A DNA stretch of 63,675 nucleotides, counting the filler, from Choristocarpus tenellus KU-1152 (taxonomy: Eukaryota > Protista > Phaeophyceae): the NCBI GenBank assembly GCA_964200185.2. It is 14 parts of 14 records of this genome, joined end to end, with 100 filler letters (N's around TTAATTAATTAA, not from the genome) between each part and the next. Parts side by side here need not be neighbours in the genome. Positions count along the whole stretch, not along the records: positions 36,645 to 41,517 come from CAXNAD020012708.1; positions 41,618 to 45,363 come from CAXNAD020018179.1; positions 45,464 to 48,560 come from CAXNAD020022347.1; positions 48,661 to 51,912 come from CAXNAD020021250.1; 10 more parts are not named here. One strand, written 5' to 3'. The position numbers and the translations under genes are program-made. A model generated the notes under the pieces. It was given only the letters and a program-made list of their open reading frames with translations. It had not been told where the DNA came from and ran no database searches. Below, piece after piece: positions 36,545 through 50,587 of this stretch (position 1 is its first letter; each line of letters begins with the position of its first letter).

Positions 36545-37399
36545 NNNNNNNNNNNNNNNNNNNNNNNNNNNNNNNNNNNNNNNNNNNNTTAATTAATTAA
36601 NNNNNNNNNNNNNNNNNNNNNNNNNNNNNNNNNNNNNNNNNNNNCATCCGATGCACGCAACAAAGTCACCCAAAAATCTCGACATGGAAAATGGGCCATG
36701 AATGGACAGCCACCACCACCACCCCAGATACTTTGAGCCAGTAAAGGGGAGGGTACAAAGAAACCACCTCTCGACACGAACATACGGGAGAAAGGAGGTG
36801 TCACCCAGAGAGTCCCCATCTGTTTCGTTAAAGCCTTCTTGAGTCAAATTCGCATATTACCACTATTCCACCTCTTCCCCTTGTGTATTCTCATCAACAT
36901 CGCTCAACCCACTTACAAGTTCACTCCCCATCCCCAAACCCATATCCTCCCGCTAGTCCCCTATCAGATAGAACCAGCTCTCTAATACCTTCCAAAAGAC
37001 CAAACCCTGATACTTCAGAGTATCACATCCTTGATAACTTGCACATTTGTGCAAGTTGCTGCTTATCTCCTTGTAAAAAAGTCCTTACGGCCGCAGTAGA
37101 AGAGGACGAACACCTGCTACCACATCTGCCTGTCCCCCTACTTCTATTCCTGGATCTGCCGCTTGTGAAGCAGAGGATGTTGCAGTAATCCTCCCTCCAA
37201 CCCCTCTTCTTCGCCTCCCCCACTCCTCCCTCTGCCACCTGCAACATTTAATCCCCTACCCATCCCACCTTGCCAATCATCTCTCCCTAATTCCCCAACT
37301 GCTTTGTCCCGACCTTGACCAGATGGTGTTGCTCGTCCCCTGCCTAGGCCCTGGTTTCCTCCTCATGTTCTCATGGGCCTGCATGCCTCAAAGTTAATT

Positions 37400-38230
37400 G
37401 GTCAAAGTTGATTGATGAGGATTTTCCCCACCACTCCTGTATAGCGACCTGGTCTTTTTGTTTGTCATCCAACCTCCTCAGGTGGGCTATCTCTTGTTTG
37501 CATGTGAACCACCACCCAAGCAATTCATACTCCTCCACATATTATAGGAACCCTCAAGCAATTACTATCATCACAACGTCACGAATTCTATTCGCATGCA
37601 CGAAACTCAGGATCTTTGAAATCTTCCCCTTCTAGGAAATGAAGGGAAGCACTTCAAATCGGCATGAGAACACCATTTTGACAAAGTAATGGAGTGCTGT
37701 TTGGGTTCTTGCACGTGTTTTGGACGCGAGGGCGTATGGATCCTTCAATGAAATCTGTCACTGCTGGTTGTCGGGTATGTATGTTCACACGCCTTCAATC
37801 ACTTTTTCTCATGCAGTAATCAAACGAATTGGACCGATCTGTTTGAGTTAGACTGGTACCAGAGCACACCTATCTGGCATATGAACTGGGCGATTACGGC
37901 GTAATGAACATGGTCTGGATATTGGAGAAAAAGTTTGGTCAGGGACCGAACATGGTCCACATATGTTAGAGAATGTTAGACCTGGTTCTACTGGCGGAGA
38001 TGGACATAGGCAGTACCAATTGGATATGGGCTGGATATGTTTGACATTGTTTAATCGGATCTGCTTGGAGGACAATACAGTAGTTAGTGGATATGGATCA
38101 AGATATACCAGAAATTGTGGGACCGTTGAAACGACGAATGGTTCATTTTCATTTCCTCTTCCCATAAAACATATTCCCCAAAACATGAAATATTGTCCAA
38201 CACAGATTATAGTAGTCCAGTTACCTTTCT
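37400..38230 (-). mobile_element. Decayed hAT-like transposase fragment with GGACC/GGTCC-rich subterminal region
   Basis: LHYFVKMV...PF...EDFKDPEFRA is weakly similar to the hAT PFxxVExxxF motif; repeat tract similar to 33840-34030. Confidence 0.35.
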
Positions 38231-38321
38231 ATGCCTCGTTTTATTGTAGGTAGAAGTCCACGATCTGTTAGAGTTGTAGAACGCAGAACTTAGCACCTAG
38301 AACACCCTGTGTACACCCCTC

Positions 38322-40280
38322 ATGGTGTTACAGGCTGCAGTCACCCTATGGCGCCGTCCTGTGCGCATGAGTGCTTTGCTCATGTCGAGCTACCCTCGTT
38401 CATCCCAGACAGGTCGTGGCCACCAATGTGTATTTTCCACTTCGACAGCGCCTCACCAGACGTCGGGTAGACGACGAACCCACCGCGAACGTCGGTTTGC
38501 CCGAAATCATCCAAGTGCGTACGCGCCCGAGGAGTCTCGTAAGGTTGTTTCCAATGACGATCAAGTATCTCTAGGACCCACACAACCCACTCCAGCACTA
38601 CAGGTGGGAGTCATTCAGAGCTTTACTTCAAACTCCCCGCTTTCCCTAGATGTGTCGGCATTTACGCCAATTGTAAAGATGTGATTTTGCAGTAACACGA
38701 ATCTCACCTTCTTATCTCACCCTCGTTCAACCCGGCGTCTCTGCTCACTCTACAGGTCAATACATCTGAAAGAGAGTGGAGGCCCAGAGACTTCAGCTCT
38801 GATGAGTTCTTTGAGTGGATGACCACCTACCCCACTGAGGCGGAGATCGGTGAGCTTGGTATCGAGGAGCTTTGTTTCTCCTGATATGTTCCTGATAATG
38901 CTACGCAACTTCAAATATAATATGGCTGTTCCAGTTCTCCTGGACCGTGTTGCTTGTCGTTGTACAACCAGAGCAGGGAAATGCATCTACAGTCTCACCG
39001 CCAAGGGAGAGAGTAAATCGAAAGTGGCAATCAACTGAATCAAGCTCATTTCTTTTCGCCTCGATTTGGTTAATCAACTAATGTAATGGAGGAATGCAGC
39101 TCGAAGGATCGAAAGTGAAGGTGGTGAGGACGAAGAGGATGATGAGGATGGAGCGTCTGTTAAGCATCTTGTGAAGCGCATCATTATACCTCGTGCCAGG
39201 ATGCCAGCGTATGACCGTGATGCGATTGGTGCGGACCTGATCAAAAGCAGAAGACAGGCAAGATGTAAATATGTATACATACACACCATAATCTATACAC
39301 ATATCATTGAGTGGCACCAGATCAGATAATGGTCACGTTAGATTGGCAGCAGATTCTTCAGGTCTTCTTTTTGTTAAAGCGCTGTCCTATAGCTTGTCTA
39401 GTGCCAGTGCTAACACTTTTGTGCCAATCGAAGTCTTCGCCAAAGACGAATTTGGTGAAACTTCACTCTTCGCTACCTCAACCATCATAAAGAGAGTGCC
39501 CAAAAATATTGTCCAAAACGATCATGCGCCAGCGACAGAGGGTTAGAGAGCAATGTCATTTGTGTTGTACAGTTTTCTTTCTCAATCGAGAACCTTTCTC
39601 TTCCTCAGACGGGTGATTGTATTCATGTTGTGTTTAGCAGCGTTTTTAATCGATGGATAATAATGGAAAGTGGATCCCCACCTTCTGTCCTGGACCGTGT
39701 GTGTGCTTGCATATGTAACTGTGAAATGTTCACATCTCTCAAGTGCAGGATTTGGGAGGTATAGATGGGGCTTTGCTCTTACCTGAACCTAGCATTTTAA
39801 GTGGTAGCCATTGCCCCTTGAAACAGAGTTACCCCTCCACCCCACCACACCTCCCTCCATATCTTCTATCCAGCGTCATGATTTGAAGATGTGCAATGGT
39901 GGGTTGCTCACTATTTCCCTCTTTTTCTTCTTCTAAGGGAAATGGTTCACCACAGGGAAACACAACAGCAGCGTAGTATCTGTTGATTGGCTTTCCCTTG
40001 GTTGTGTGTTGAGCTAGCTATATGTATCCAGCTGATCGCAAACAACCCAAGACATGCAAGCACCTCCATGTCCTGTGATACCCACCTCACCTCCCTGGGT
40101 TCACCTCCCAGGTCCACAACCGCATAGATAATGTAAGAAATGGTTCTCTGACTTGGTTGTTGACATTTGCTCTGTTATCTACTTGTCACTGGTGAACAGT
40201 TACTGGGAGCCAGGTCGACAGCCCAGCTTAAAGCAGCCTATGAGCGCTTTTATGAGAATGAGAAAGCATCACGTTGTGAG
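38322..40280 (+). CDS. Putative multi-exon hypothetical gene with Arg/Ser-rich (mitochondrial-targeting-like) N-terminus
   Basis: Exon 38322-38603 (CAG|GTGGGA), exon ~38756-38849 (VNTSEREWRPRDFSSDEFFEWM), later exon ~40200-40280; full model not resolved. Confidence 0.4.
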
Positions 40281-41617
40281 GTGAGAGGAATAGTGTTGCT
40301 GTCCATTGCTGTTCATAAGAATAGAGTGATAGATCAGTTGGGGGCCTGAGCAACCGGCGTGTCGTAGATGGAATGTGAATTGATTGATGACATTGGAGTG
40401 AAGATCGACATTAGGGACAGCAGTGGATGGAATGTATGCTGTTCTTCGCTGCAATATTGTATGCTAGGGCAGGACAGTAGTAGTGGGGGCGTGAAAGCAT
40501 CCTGTAGGGAGAGGGTGGGGGGCGGTTGAAGCAGATGTGGTCAAGACAAGTTTAGATTGTTTTGTAGGTGTGTGAATGGGTTTTTTTTATTTTTTTGTGA
40601 GACATCTTTGATGCTTTCAAGGTTGGGAGATTCGGAACAATTTAATGCTGTGGGTCTGCGCGTTTTTTGATATATTTATTTTATTTGGGGTGACAGCTTA
40701 GGGTAGAATTCTGGGTGTTGCAGTGGACCATCCTCCCTCGCATCCTCCCCCCCGCTCTCCCTTTTTTACGTTCCCTGTTCCTCAGGTCTCGGCGTCTTCC
40801 AACCNNNNNNNNNNTTTTTTTGGGGGGGTGTGTTGGGGTGTTATTTTTGGGTTTGGTGGGGGCGTTCCCCCCCCCCCCCCCTCCCCCCACCTTTTTTTTT
40901 TATAATTCTGCAAGGTTTTGCGAAAGAGCTCTTGCATGAGGATGAACAGGAAGGATATAGTGGAAGGTGGCTTTTGAGGTGGGTGGGATACTGGTGCATG
41001 AAGGAGAAGGTATCCTTTAGCTTACCCAAGACCACAATCCTTCCAATAGTAGTATCTCATGGAAATCACGATTTATGAACTTTGAAACCGGGTACAGCAA
41101 ATAGCAGAGGTCCTTCTAGAAAGGAAAATTATCACAGTTGGGGCAGAGTGATGAGAAGGCCATTCAAGGTTCTCCCCTCCGTGCCAAGATCGCATTGGCA
41201 CGTTAGCTTTCTCTATAGTGGTGCAGCAGTAAGACATTCATCCCTGTATTTTTCGCTCTCCTTGTTCACCCTGCTCCCTCTTCTTCCACCTTTCACTCTC
41301 ACGCTTGTCCTCAGAGTTCCTACCTGAAGGCTCCTGTTGGATGGACAAGACCAGCTCCTTTGCCCGTTACTGTGAGTGGAGAAGCAGGCAAGGTCAGGGG
41401 AAAGCTCCTGTACGGCCCTGACGAGACATATGCCTACATATCTCACCGCATGATCCCTGCTTACTCTATCATCTGCAGGTATTCATAGTGGCTCTTGGGT
41501 CAAAGTATATGGGGGGGNNNNNNNNNNNNNNNNNNNNNNNNNNNNNNNNNNNNNNNNNNNNTTAATTAATTAANNNNNNNNNNNNNNNNNNNNNNNNNNN
41601 NNNNNNNNNNNNNNNNN

Positions 41618-41906
41618 ATTCAGGGACACTTGGGCCCCCTTGCTACGCGGGGGGGTCGACGGGGGGGTTGCCATGCTGACGTTTTGACCCTCAACGTTCC
41701 CAGTTCTGGCCTCAAAATCACCCCAAAAGCACCCTACCTTGACGGCTTGAAGCACCTCGAGTTTGTACCTGATGATCCTCGACCCCACCTTTTCTGAAAG
41801 CTGAGATTATCAACCCGATTTCATTCTGTGGGATTATCGTCCGATTCGGCGCCGTTCTCGCTCGGCGAGCCCAGATGTTTTGCGGCACAAACTTATGGCA
41901 CAGAGG
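41618..41906 (-). mobile_element. Second mariner copy, 5' end (truncated by linker)
   Basis: Aligns to 21695-21774 plus 22145-22356; MATPPSTPPR start; TIR ...GGCACAAACTTATGGCACAGAGG followed by TA. Confidence 0.9.
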
Positions 41907-42439
41907 TATTTTTTTGATGTATGATACATAAATTAATATGAAGTAATAAGATATGACACAAGGATTGGACCAAATGGGCAGATTTTTTTGGTTCTTCTTC
42001 AAACTTTCTATATTTTTTCTTTTGCAGGGGAACTGTTATGTCTAAGAATACTGTGGATGGAATGGACAGGTAGCTTTGAGGGGGTTTTGCGCAGGTGTAA
42101 GCACAGCAAATTCACTCCAGGTAAGATAAAATTTCAGTCAGTTATATATCTGTTGAAATGTACCCGTTCTCACCATGACGATTTGAGTTGGGGGTGTTCA
42201 TATAGGCGATGCATGCTTGAGAGGGTTGGAATTATTACTCATTACATAACCTATCCTCCTGTAAGTCTGCATTATAGCTCTGCTCTTGTCATCGTGGTAG
42301 ATTAGGGTTGAGCAAGTGTTCCTGATAATGTACTTGATAGGTAAGGTAAGCAGACAACAATAAAGCAATATATATAGAGAGAAGAAGGCAACGTGGGGGA
42401 TAATGAGGAGTTCAATATTAATTCGGTGGTTGTGAAATT

Positions 42440-43325
42440 TGCCCTAAACACCAAACAAAGGGAGGGCACAAATTTGAACTCTTTTCTTCGGTGTCGGCAA
42501 GAGTTTCAAGCTGAGGTCTAAATGCATTGTAGAGGAATCCAACCTGGAGGAGAGGGAGACCTCCTCTCATGAAGATGAGACCAACAGGCAGCTCAGCATG
42601 ACTAAGCTGCTCAAGAAGCCGACCCAGACGTCGCATACAACAATGGGGTGATAAGGTGCCCTCCTGAAATGACGCAGGTGAGGCAAGCGCCCACAAGAGG
42701 GCACGATTGGAGACACCTAGGAGGATAGACTGCAATACCAGCTGGAGGTATATCATGGTATGCAGTCAGTGAATGCGGTCGTAGTGGAGGAGCTTAGTGG
42801 TCCCCTCAGATGGTGGAAGGGCGAAGTAGGAGTTTTTGGAGAGTTGAGTAAGTCGTGGCACGGAAGAATTGCGGTTACAGGCCACTTCAACTCCGTCTGG
42901 ACTCTTATTCTCCTGTCCTGGCAATACAGGTACCACCAACAAGTGCGATCGTCTCTCACACGGGGAGTAGTGGGTGCCACTGTGATGCTGCGTTCTTGTG
43001 GGGACTACTTTGCTGCCCAGATGTGGAAGGGGTACGTAGCAGAAAATCATAGTGATGGTTGAGACAAACACAGCACTTTGTACAATGTTTTTGCTACCTC
43101 TTCTGGCTGGAGGTCCTCCACCTACGTGGGTCTAGGGTAGAGTGGTACATAGTGTGGTGTTTTTTTTGTTAGGTTATGTTCGCCTTGCTCATACTACCGC
43201 AGACACTGCACTGACTGTAGACCCCAGCTGAATGACAAAAAAAATGAGCATATATATTGTAAATATTCGGAAATAGTGCAAGTAATATATGTTTTTCAGT
43301 ACACTTGACCCACCTCTTGTACTCA
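42440..43325 (+). repeat. Inverted paralogue of the 34290-35510 repeat
   Basis: Same conserved blocks in reverse complement. Confidence 0.8.
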
Positions 43326-45463
43326 CATGACAAGCGATAGAATATTATTCCTTGCATTGCAAGGAATGGTCTATCTTGTGACGAATGGAGACGAGAGGAG
43401 GTGAAATCATGCCATTTTTGACTTCCAACACACCAAAAATATGAAACATCAAAAAGCTATTTTTGCACGATATGTTGATACTTCAGTTCAATTTTAAACA
43501 TCAAGAGATCATCCGATCAATAGTAAATTAAGACAATCACCAATTGAAGCATCGCTCTAAGTCTTCTTCAAGCTGAGTTCTAACTAGTACACTACTTCGA
43601 AGGTGTTAAAAAAGTTGTTGTTTGAGAACCTTAGATTTTACTAAATGTTTACATCAAGGATAGTAAGAGGTAGTAGGAGAGTCAACTTTACACTCGACTA
43701 ATCATTTCTTCATTTTCGAAACCAAGCAAGAGCATACTATTGTCAAACTCATGGTCGTTCTGGTGGCACTTGAATGATTGTTGTAGTAGCGACCCTGCTG
43801 CTTACTCTGAATGTCTGCCAACACAAAATGAAATGGGGTTTCACCACATGCAGATTGCTGGCTCATTATCACCTCTAGTTTAGCACAGATGATGTGTATA
43901 CTTCCTTTGACTAAGCTTTTCCCTTTCATTACCACACTACTGCCCAGCCTCAGTGAACCAGTATATGTCCCATATCTGCCTTCTGTGTCGTTAGAAGAGT
44001 GAAAAGGTTTTTCTTGTAGTATTAGTTTTCATAGTAGTGCGAGAAATTGCATCCATGACTCTGACGGCAAAACCAAGGAAGAACACAGCACACTAGTGAC
44101 GAACAGCATAACCAATGATCATTTCACACTAATGGTAAAGACTCTGCTCTGGATACCCTTGTGACCCAGCCCCTGAGTAAGCTGACTATTGACCATGCAG
44201 TAGTAGTTATGAGTAGGGTATTGGTTGTTTCCCAATAGCATATAGTTCAATGCAAAACATTTGGTACCTACCATCATCACTTCGTGAAACACCTTCACAC
44301 CAATGTCTGTGGATGAACAATTGTGCAAGGTGGATAGGGTAGCTTCAGTTTTTATCCAAGGAGAGAGGGGGAAGATCTATCCTTTGACCCTTCGAAAAAG
44401 GGTAAAAAAGGGAAGTCGAGGGATTGCTAGGGAGGAAGGGAAAAGGTTCAATGGTGTTGAGAAAACAATTTACATTGACCTTACTACAGCTATATAGAGC
44501 CTACATATCAGAAACAATATTGTTTAATTGCGCTTTGAGTATCTACTTTCTAACGAGCAATAACACAACGTACAACACAAAGTATATGCACGCACAAATA
44601 TCAAGAAATGAAGGTCATCCTTACAACAATACAATAATACAAGTATATTTCAGTTTGCTGTAGAAGCTTCAGGTGTCTCATTCCAGCTTCAGAGCAATCC
44701 TAGGATGGGTGGTTGGGGGGCTGGGGGTTTTATCAGGAAGGGAGCTGAGAAGGCATGCCTGCCATATGTTGTATTTTACGTCACACCACGAGTGGTGATT
44801 TCAAAACTCTATATTACATTTCAAGCTAGAGATACTGGACTGATCAATGAGATGGGGCTTGATAGACTCGTTGAACTCCTCTCTTGTTTCTAGTTCTCCT
44901 TCATAGTGCCAGTCTAGGGAGTAGTTTCAGCTGCTTATGTCAAAATGATATTCTTGGTTGTTTTCTGACAAGTTTATTTGCCTGTACGTGATTCCTAGTT
45001 TGGATGGAGTTTGCTTCTTGTTTTCCAGCATACTATAACTACTGCTGGCGTATTAGGAGATCTCCATTGCAAAGCAATACAAAATCTGTTGTTTTGTTAT
45101 CTCAGTCCTGCACGTTTCTTCTTGTCTCCCCTATCACAACGTCTGAAAATGTCAGTAGACAATATAATAAAGAAATTAATAGTATAGGATGTAGTTATTG
45201 ATGAGACGTTTAACAGGACCAGCAGGGTGTGACGGGATCAGGGTGGGATCGATCCATGCTGACAATAAGAAAATGGGACCAGTCCGGGACCATTAGAGAG
45301 TATAACCAGTCCGGTCTGGGCTAAACATATGGTAAGGGTCAAAGTATCTGGGGGGGGGTGTCGNNNNNNNNNNNNNNNNNNNNNNNNNNNNNNNNNNNNN
45401 NNNNNNNTTAATTAATTAANNNNNNNNNNNNNNNNNNNNNNNNNNNNNNNNNNNNNNNNNNNN

Positions 45464-48400
45464 CCAGGCCCAGGTACAAGCCCTGCCCCCATCCCCATCC
45501 CCTCCTGACCCTCACCTTGAAGCACGTCCTCGTTGTATGCCTCTTCTCGTTGACGGGCAGCAGCCGCATCCGCCTGCAACGCAGCAACCTCACGGCTTAA
45601 CCCACTCGGGCGCCTCGTGCGTCTCCTCCCTGAACCCGCCCACCCTTGGTTTGTACCGCCAACACAAGCACCAGTTCCAGTAGATTCAGTAGTAGATTCA
45701 GTAGTAGATTCAGTAGTAGATTCAGTACCAGCAGCAGAGGCATTGCTCGAGGAGACAACAACTGACCCTCCCACACTTCGAGGTTCTCCTGTTGTCTTCC
45801 GGGATTCAGCAGGCGTTGGCAGAGTCGCTCGTCCAGAGTCATCTCCCCCACCACCGTCACTCTCCTCCTCAAAGGAGCTCCTGCACGCACTCGTCTCTGC
45901 GCTGTCCCTTCCTGCCCGACCTGCATCCTTGTCCAACTGTCCACCCCGACGTTCCTCACCTGAGGGACGTCTTTCGTTCAACGCAGCACTCTTGGCCACG
46001 CCAGCCTCCTCATCTCCCTTCAAAGTAAGCCGCCGTGTTGGTTCCTGCAACGCACTATCAGCCACCTTGAGTGAAGCCTGTACACCATCCACTTCCCCCT
46101 CTTGCTTAGTTCCCGCTGCATCAATCGTCCCACCACGTGTAAGGGATGCAGAAATACCTACAGACCCAGAGGTGCCACAACTATGCAAGGAGCGAGGTGA
46201 ATTGCTATTATTGACATCAACATCTACAGTTGACTCCCCTGCTGTAAGAACATCCTCCCCATCGTTCTTCGTGGGAGAAGGTCCCCTACTCCCAAACACT
46301 GCATCTAATTCCAGTGCTGAAACTGCCGCAGCCGGTGCCTCCTTCAAGACAGGAGCACTGCTACCAACAGAATCTGCTAAGCCTTCAGAATTCATGTTCC
46401 GATCAGACGGAACTGCTTCCTCGTGACCAGAGCTCTGTAAGCAAGCAGTATCAGCATTTCCAGCATCATCACTCGAGACCCCACCACCAGCCTGTGCAAA
46501 GCAGTCCCGAGTCTCCAGATCCCAATCTTGCATCTTACAATGCCATACCTCAGGAAGTTCCTCACACGACACAGAGGGGGGCAATTGCCACCAAGTCTGA
46601 CAATGGTCACAACACACCCAGCCCACATCTTCCTCTGCTGAGATTGTCTGTCGTCCTTCTTGCCCCTGGACACTGTTCCCACCCCTGCCCCTGCCACTGC
46701 CCCTGCCCCTGCTGCCCTCGCCCTGGACGCCTTGGTTCTTGGAAACCTTCTGAAGGGACGAATGGTGGTGTGAATTTGACCTGCCCATCTCCTCCCGCCT
46801 CCCCTCCCCTCGTCTCGCACCTGCTCGTGTCCCTATAACACCATTTTGAGGGCCACTCCCGCTCTTACGCTTGCTATCTTGCCCCCCCTGCCACACCAAG
46901 TTATGCCCCCCGACACGCCCCTTAGCCACACCTGTTGCAACATATCTCCCTCCATTGTGCCCCACATCCTGGCCCACTTCCTCCTCTTCCTCCCCCTCCT
47001 CCCCCTCCTCCCCATTCCTCTCTTCCACATGCTGCTGGTGCTGCTGGTGGTGGAGTCTGTCAGGGTCCATACTAGGTTGAAATCGCGTCACACTCTGCCG
47101 CCGACGGCTTGGGTGCCGATGAAGCTCACTCTCAGGCACAGTCGCCATCACCCCTGTTGCCACAGCAGCTGCCGCAGCTGCTTCCTCCATCTCCCCCTGT
47201 TCCTCATCCTCACTTGGCGTCATCTCCCCACCACTGCGGGAAGAAGACCTTTGCCTCCTGCGCGAGCAGCTTCCACCACTACCATTTAGGCCTTTTGTTT
47301 TACTGCTGGGGTCTCTTCTACCCCCTTTATCCCCAGACTGTTGCTGCTGTTCCACCTCCCCACCCTTCTCAGTTTCCCTTGGTTTCTCCCCAGACTCTCT
47401 GGCTCTACAATGCCCCTTGATACGATCGCCGCTCTCCTTTGCTATCGCTATCGCCTCTTCAATCTCCACCCCATGCCCCCCCCCTTTGCCCCCGCCCCGA
47501 CTCATCTACTCCCTCCGGCTCCAGGTCTGGCAGGCCAGGTGAGGAAGAGTTTGGCAAGACTTCATCTTCCTGAGTGGTACATGTGACAGCGATACTCTCC
47601 GTAGCATCGTCCCTACATCCGCTCTTAGGCTCCTCCTTCGCCATTACCCCACCTCCACATACACCACTCTCTCTAACACCTTTATCCTCCTCACCTTCCA
47701 ACACCGTTACCCCCTTAGTCTTCCCATCTCTACCAACTGCAGCATAACTGACCAACACACCAATAGATTGTTTTGCCACAAACTGTTCCTTATCTCCCCA
47801 GTCTTCACCTTTTATCTCCACCCTTGCCTTGGTCGTTGCTACTGTTGCCCTCAGTGCAGTCGCCACACCATTCCAACCTTCACACGAGGTAGGCACTTTG
47901 CTCTTAACAGCCACACTCTCCTTCAGGACAGTATCTTTAACACCCTCCTCTTGTACTAACTTATCACAGCTCCAGAGACCATCCCCATTCCCATCATCTG
48001 GGCACACGTTTGCCACTGGAGGCGGCGAAATAGACCGAACCCTGCCTTTCTTCTCTACAAACCCATTTCCTCCCTTTATTGCCGCGTCAGGTGAAACCAC
48101 CCCAGCATTAAATCCCAGCCCTACCCCCATCCCCACCCCGTGCCCATCGTTCTCCACACCACAATTCGTACCAACAGCATGACCTGGAAGATTCTCATCA
48201 TGACGCCCAAGTTGTCTAGAAGAGCACAGCTTTCTCTTACTATCCTGCTTGCTGTCACCCTTCAAGGTAGAAATCAACGAAACAACAGATACTTTACCTC
48301 CATCAATGTTCGATCTTGAAGGCCGGGAAAGACTAGGTGTCCTCGCCCTTTTCCGTGCTGGTTGTTCCCTCCGCCCCCCACTCCCACTCCAACCCCCCCT

Positions 48401-48560
48401 CCTCCCCCCACCAATTCCACGCTCATCAATCTGACCCAGTTCTGCTGTTAGTTGGGGAGTTGGGAGCAGGGGAGGAGGCCGTGGAGGCGGTACAGGCCCC
48501 GGCGGGTTTGTCTCTCCATCACTGCCGTCCCCCATGTGCCCCCTCCAGCTTGTCGAGGGG
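45464..48560 (-). CDS. Large low-complexity exon encoding a CW-type zinc finger (chromatin reader); both ends in gaps
   Basis: WVCCDHCQTWWQLPPSVSCEELPEVWHCKMQDWDLETRDC. The 358-aa and 697-aa ORFs join via one indel, most likely in the C9 run at 47476-47484. 12-bp (TEST) repeat at ~45679-45727. Confidence 0.8.
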
Positions 48561-48978
48561 NNNNNNNNNNNNNNNNNNNNNNNNNNNNNNNNNNNNNNNN
48601 NNNNTTAATTAATTAANNNNNNNNNNNNNNNNNNNNNNNNNNNNNNNNNNNNNNNNNNNNCCCTGTTAGCCTCCCTCAGAGTTATGGCTTGCATGCACAC
48701 TCATCACAGGTCAAAACAAGATTGAGGCATGGTCAATAGCAAGGCACATGCTACATGTCAACTAAAACAACAAAAATACTACGGAGTACACTTTTTCTGC
48801 CAAGCTAGAGCTCTACTGCAGTACACAACCCATTTGCCAACCACATGTAGTTGAGAAGTCTACTACTTTCTTATGATAAGATGAAGATAAGACGCGGAAC
48901 AATAAGTACTCAAGGTTGATGAGTGAGTATGTGTGTGTTCTACATACCATGTCGAATGATGTCTCACCCCTAGGTTAC

Positions 48979-50587
48979 CTCTCACTTGCTCCTCCAGTTG
49001 CCTCACTCTGGCCTTTAGCATGACTATATGTTGCGCCCGCCCTTTCCAACCCTCTCCCTTTAGAACAGACTCAAGCTTTTCCCCTTCTCCAACCTCCTTT
49101 ACTAGTACTCTGTAGTCTCATGCACACAAGGATTGAGGCGTCATGGGAGGTTACAGGGCAAACACACAGTTTCCCAATGTCTCAACGTGGCATGCAGGCT
49201 ATTGTTTGTGTAGGTGATGTATTTCGTATCGTGTACCCTGCTATTCAGAGTAATGACTCATTGTCAACTCAGTATTTCTTGCAGGCATATTCTTGAGCTA
49301 ATATCTTTAGTTGCCCAAAAGTCAAACTATCAACAACGAGAGTGTCGACTCAGACCTTTTTGAGGTTCAAGACCATTTTTGCACCTTTGCAATGTTCACC
49401 ATGCCCATGCCAACGCATAAAACGTTGGTAACCCCTCTTGGGATGGTGTGGCTGTAGGAGTAGATTATGCATAAACACATTGTTATCTCCAAGCATCCTC
49501 CACAGTCCTCAAAATATAAGTAACACACGGCAGTCAATGGGACCCTTAAAACTCAACCAACCCCTCTCTCTCTCTTAGATCATATTACTCGATAGTAGTT
49601 TTTTTTTTCAGATTCTGCAACCTTGGAAGGCACCAAATTAAACTTTGAGAAGTTTGAATTTAACATATGGATTTCCAGCTGTTTTTATTTCAACAAACTA
49701 GTACACGTATGATTCAATGGGAGTACAGTCCAGAATATTGATACTAAAACCTCCAATTTCTCCCTAAATGGCATACTCATATAAGGAAACTATAACTGTC
49801 CAGTGCAAATACTTGTTAGGGTTAGGGTGTCTTGGCAACAAGGAAGGGTGAAGTTTAAGTTCAGGGTTTTTTGTCTGTATTGGGTAGACAACTGTGGGAA
49901 GGGTCATGCTTCCAATTTCAATAATATTTTCGATTTCTCAAGGCATAACAAGGACACAAATGAGAGTGGAATGCCACATTTTTTGCTGCAGGAACTCTAA
50001 TAACCACAACGGTTTTAATTCTCTTGGGGTACCCTTTGGTTTAGTCTTGTTCCCGTATGTGCTTGCACTTATCCCGTCAACTATTGGTCATTTGGTCTCT
50101 TTAGTCCATTTTTCCCAATCTGAGGACCAAAAGTGTTCCCCTGTCTCTTCTTACTAGTATTCCATGGAGGACACTTTCTACTGCCACTGGAAAAAACAAT
50201 CTAGGGAGTTTGGGGCAGAAGCTCAAAACAAAAAAGTAGCATTTACAACGTTGCAAAATTAGTTGTCATGACTGTTGCTCAAGGAAGTCGAGGACATTAT
50301 GTCCCTCACTCTATTTGACCTTGGTGTAACATAACATAAGTACTCTGCAAGAGTACATGCCTAATGTGACTTCACCTGGTATCCGCTTACAGAATCTTGT
50401 TTTGGATGACACGTAACATAGGGGAACAAGGAGTCTGTGAATGATGACAAATATCACTATCTGTAACAAGGTAAAAGTCAGGTTCACAAGAGATGAAAAA
50501 TAGAGCCTGGTCCTGGAATTATTTGCACCTATGGAACTTCTTGACCTCCTCCTGTGATTGATGCAGCTTGTTCCTCAGTGATACCAC
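48979..50587 (-). CDS. CCDC13: CCDC13-like coiled-coil ciliary/centriolar protein, two internal exons (50587-50529 and 49109-48979)
   Basis: Spliced in phase 2: VVSLRNKLHQSQEEVKKFHR|VLVKEVGEGEKLESVLKGEGWKGRAQHIVMLKARVRQLEEQV, matching the CCDC13 LRN...EVGE...WxGRAQxI motif as I recall it. Not in the ORF track. Confidence 0.8.

Noticed and set aside
40790-40905. Homopolymer-rich stretch next to a 10-N gap (also 31260-31380, 23874-23990)
   Set aside because: Looks like low-quality read tails after poly-G/C runs.
40950-41470. Possible LINE RT remnants on the minus strand (also ~32420-33060)
   Set aside because: Motifs too degenerate to support a call by eye.
45464-50587. CCDC13 fused to a CW-finger exon (same strand, adjacent)
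   Set aside because: Separated by an artificial linker at 48561-48660; adjacency is unsupported.
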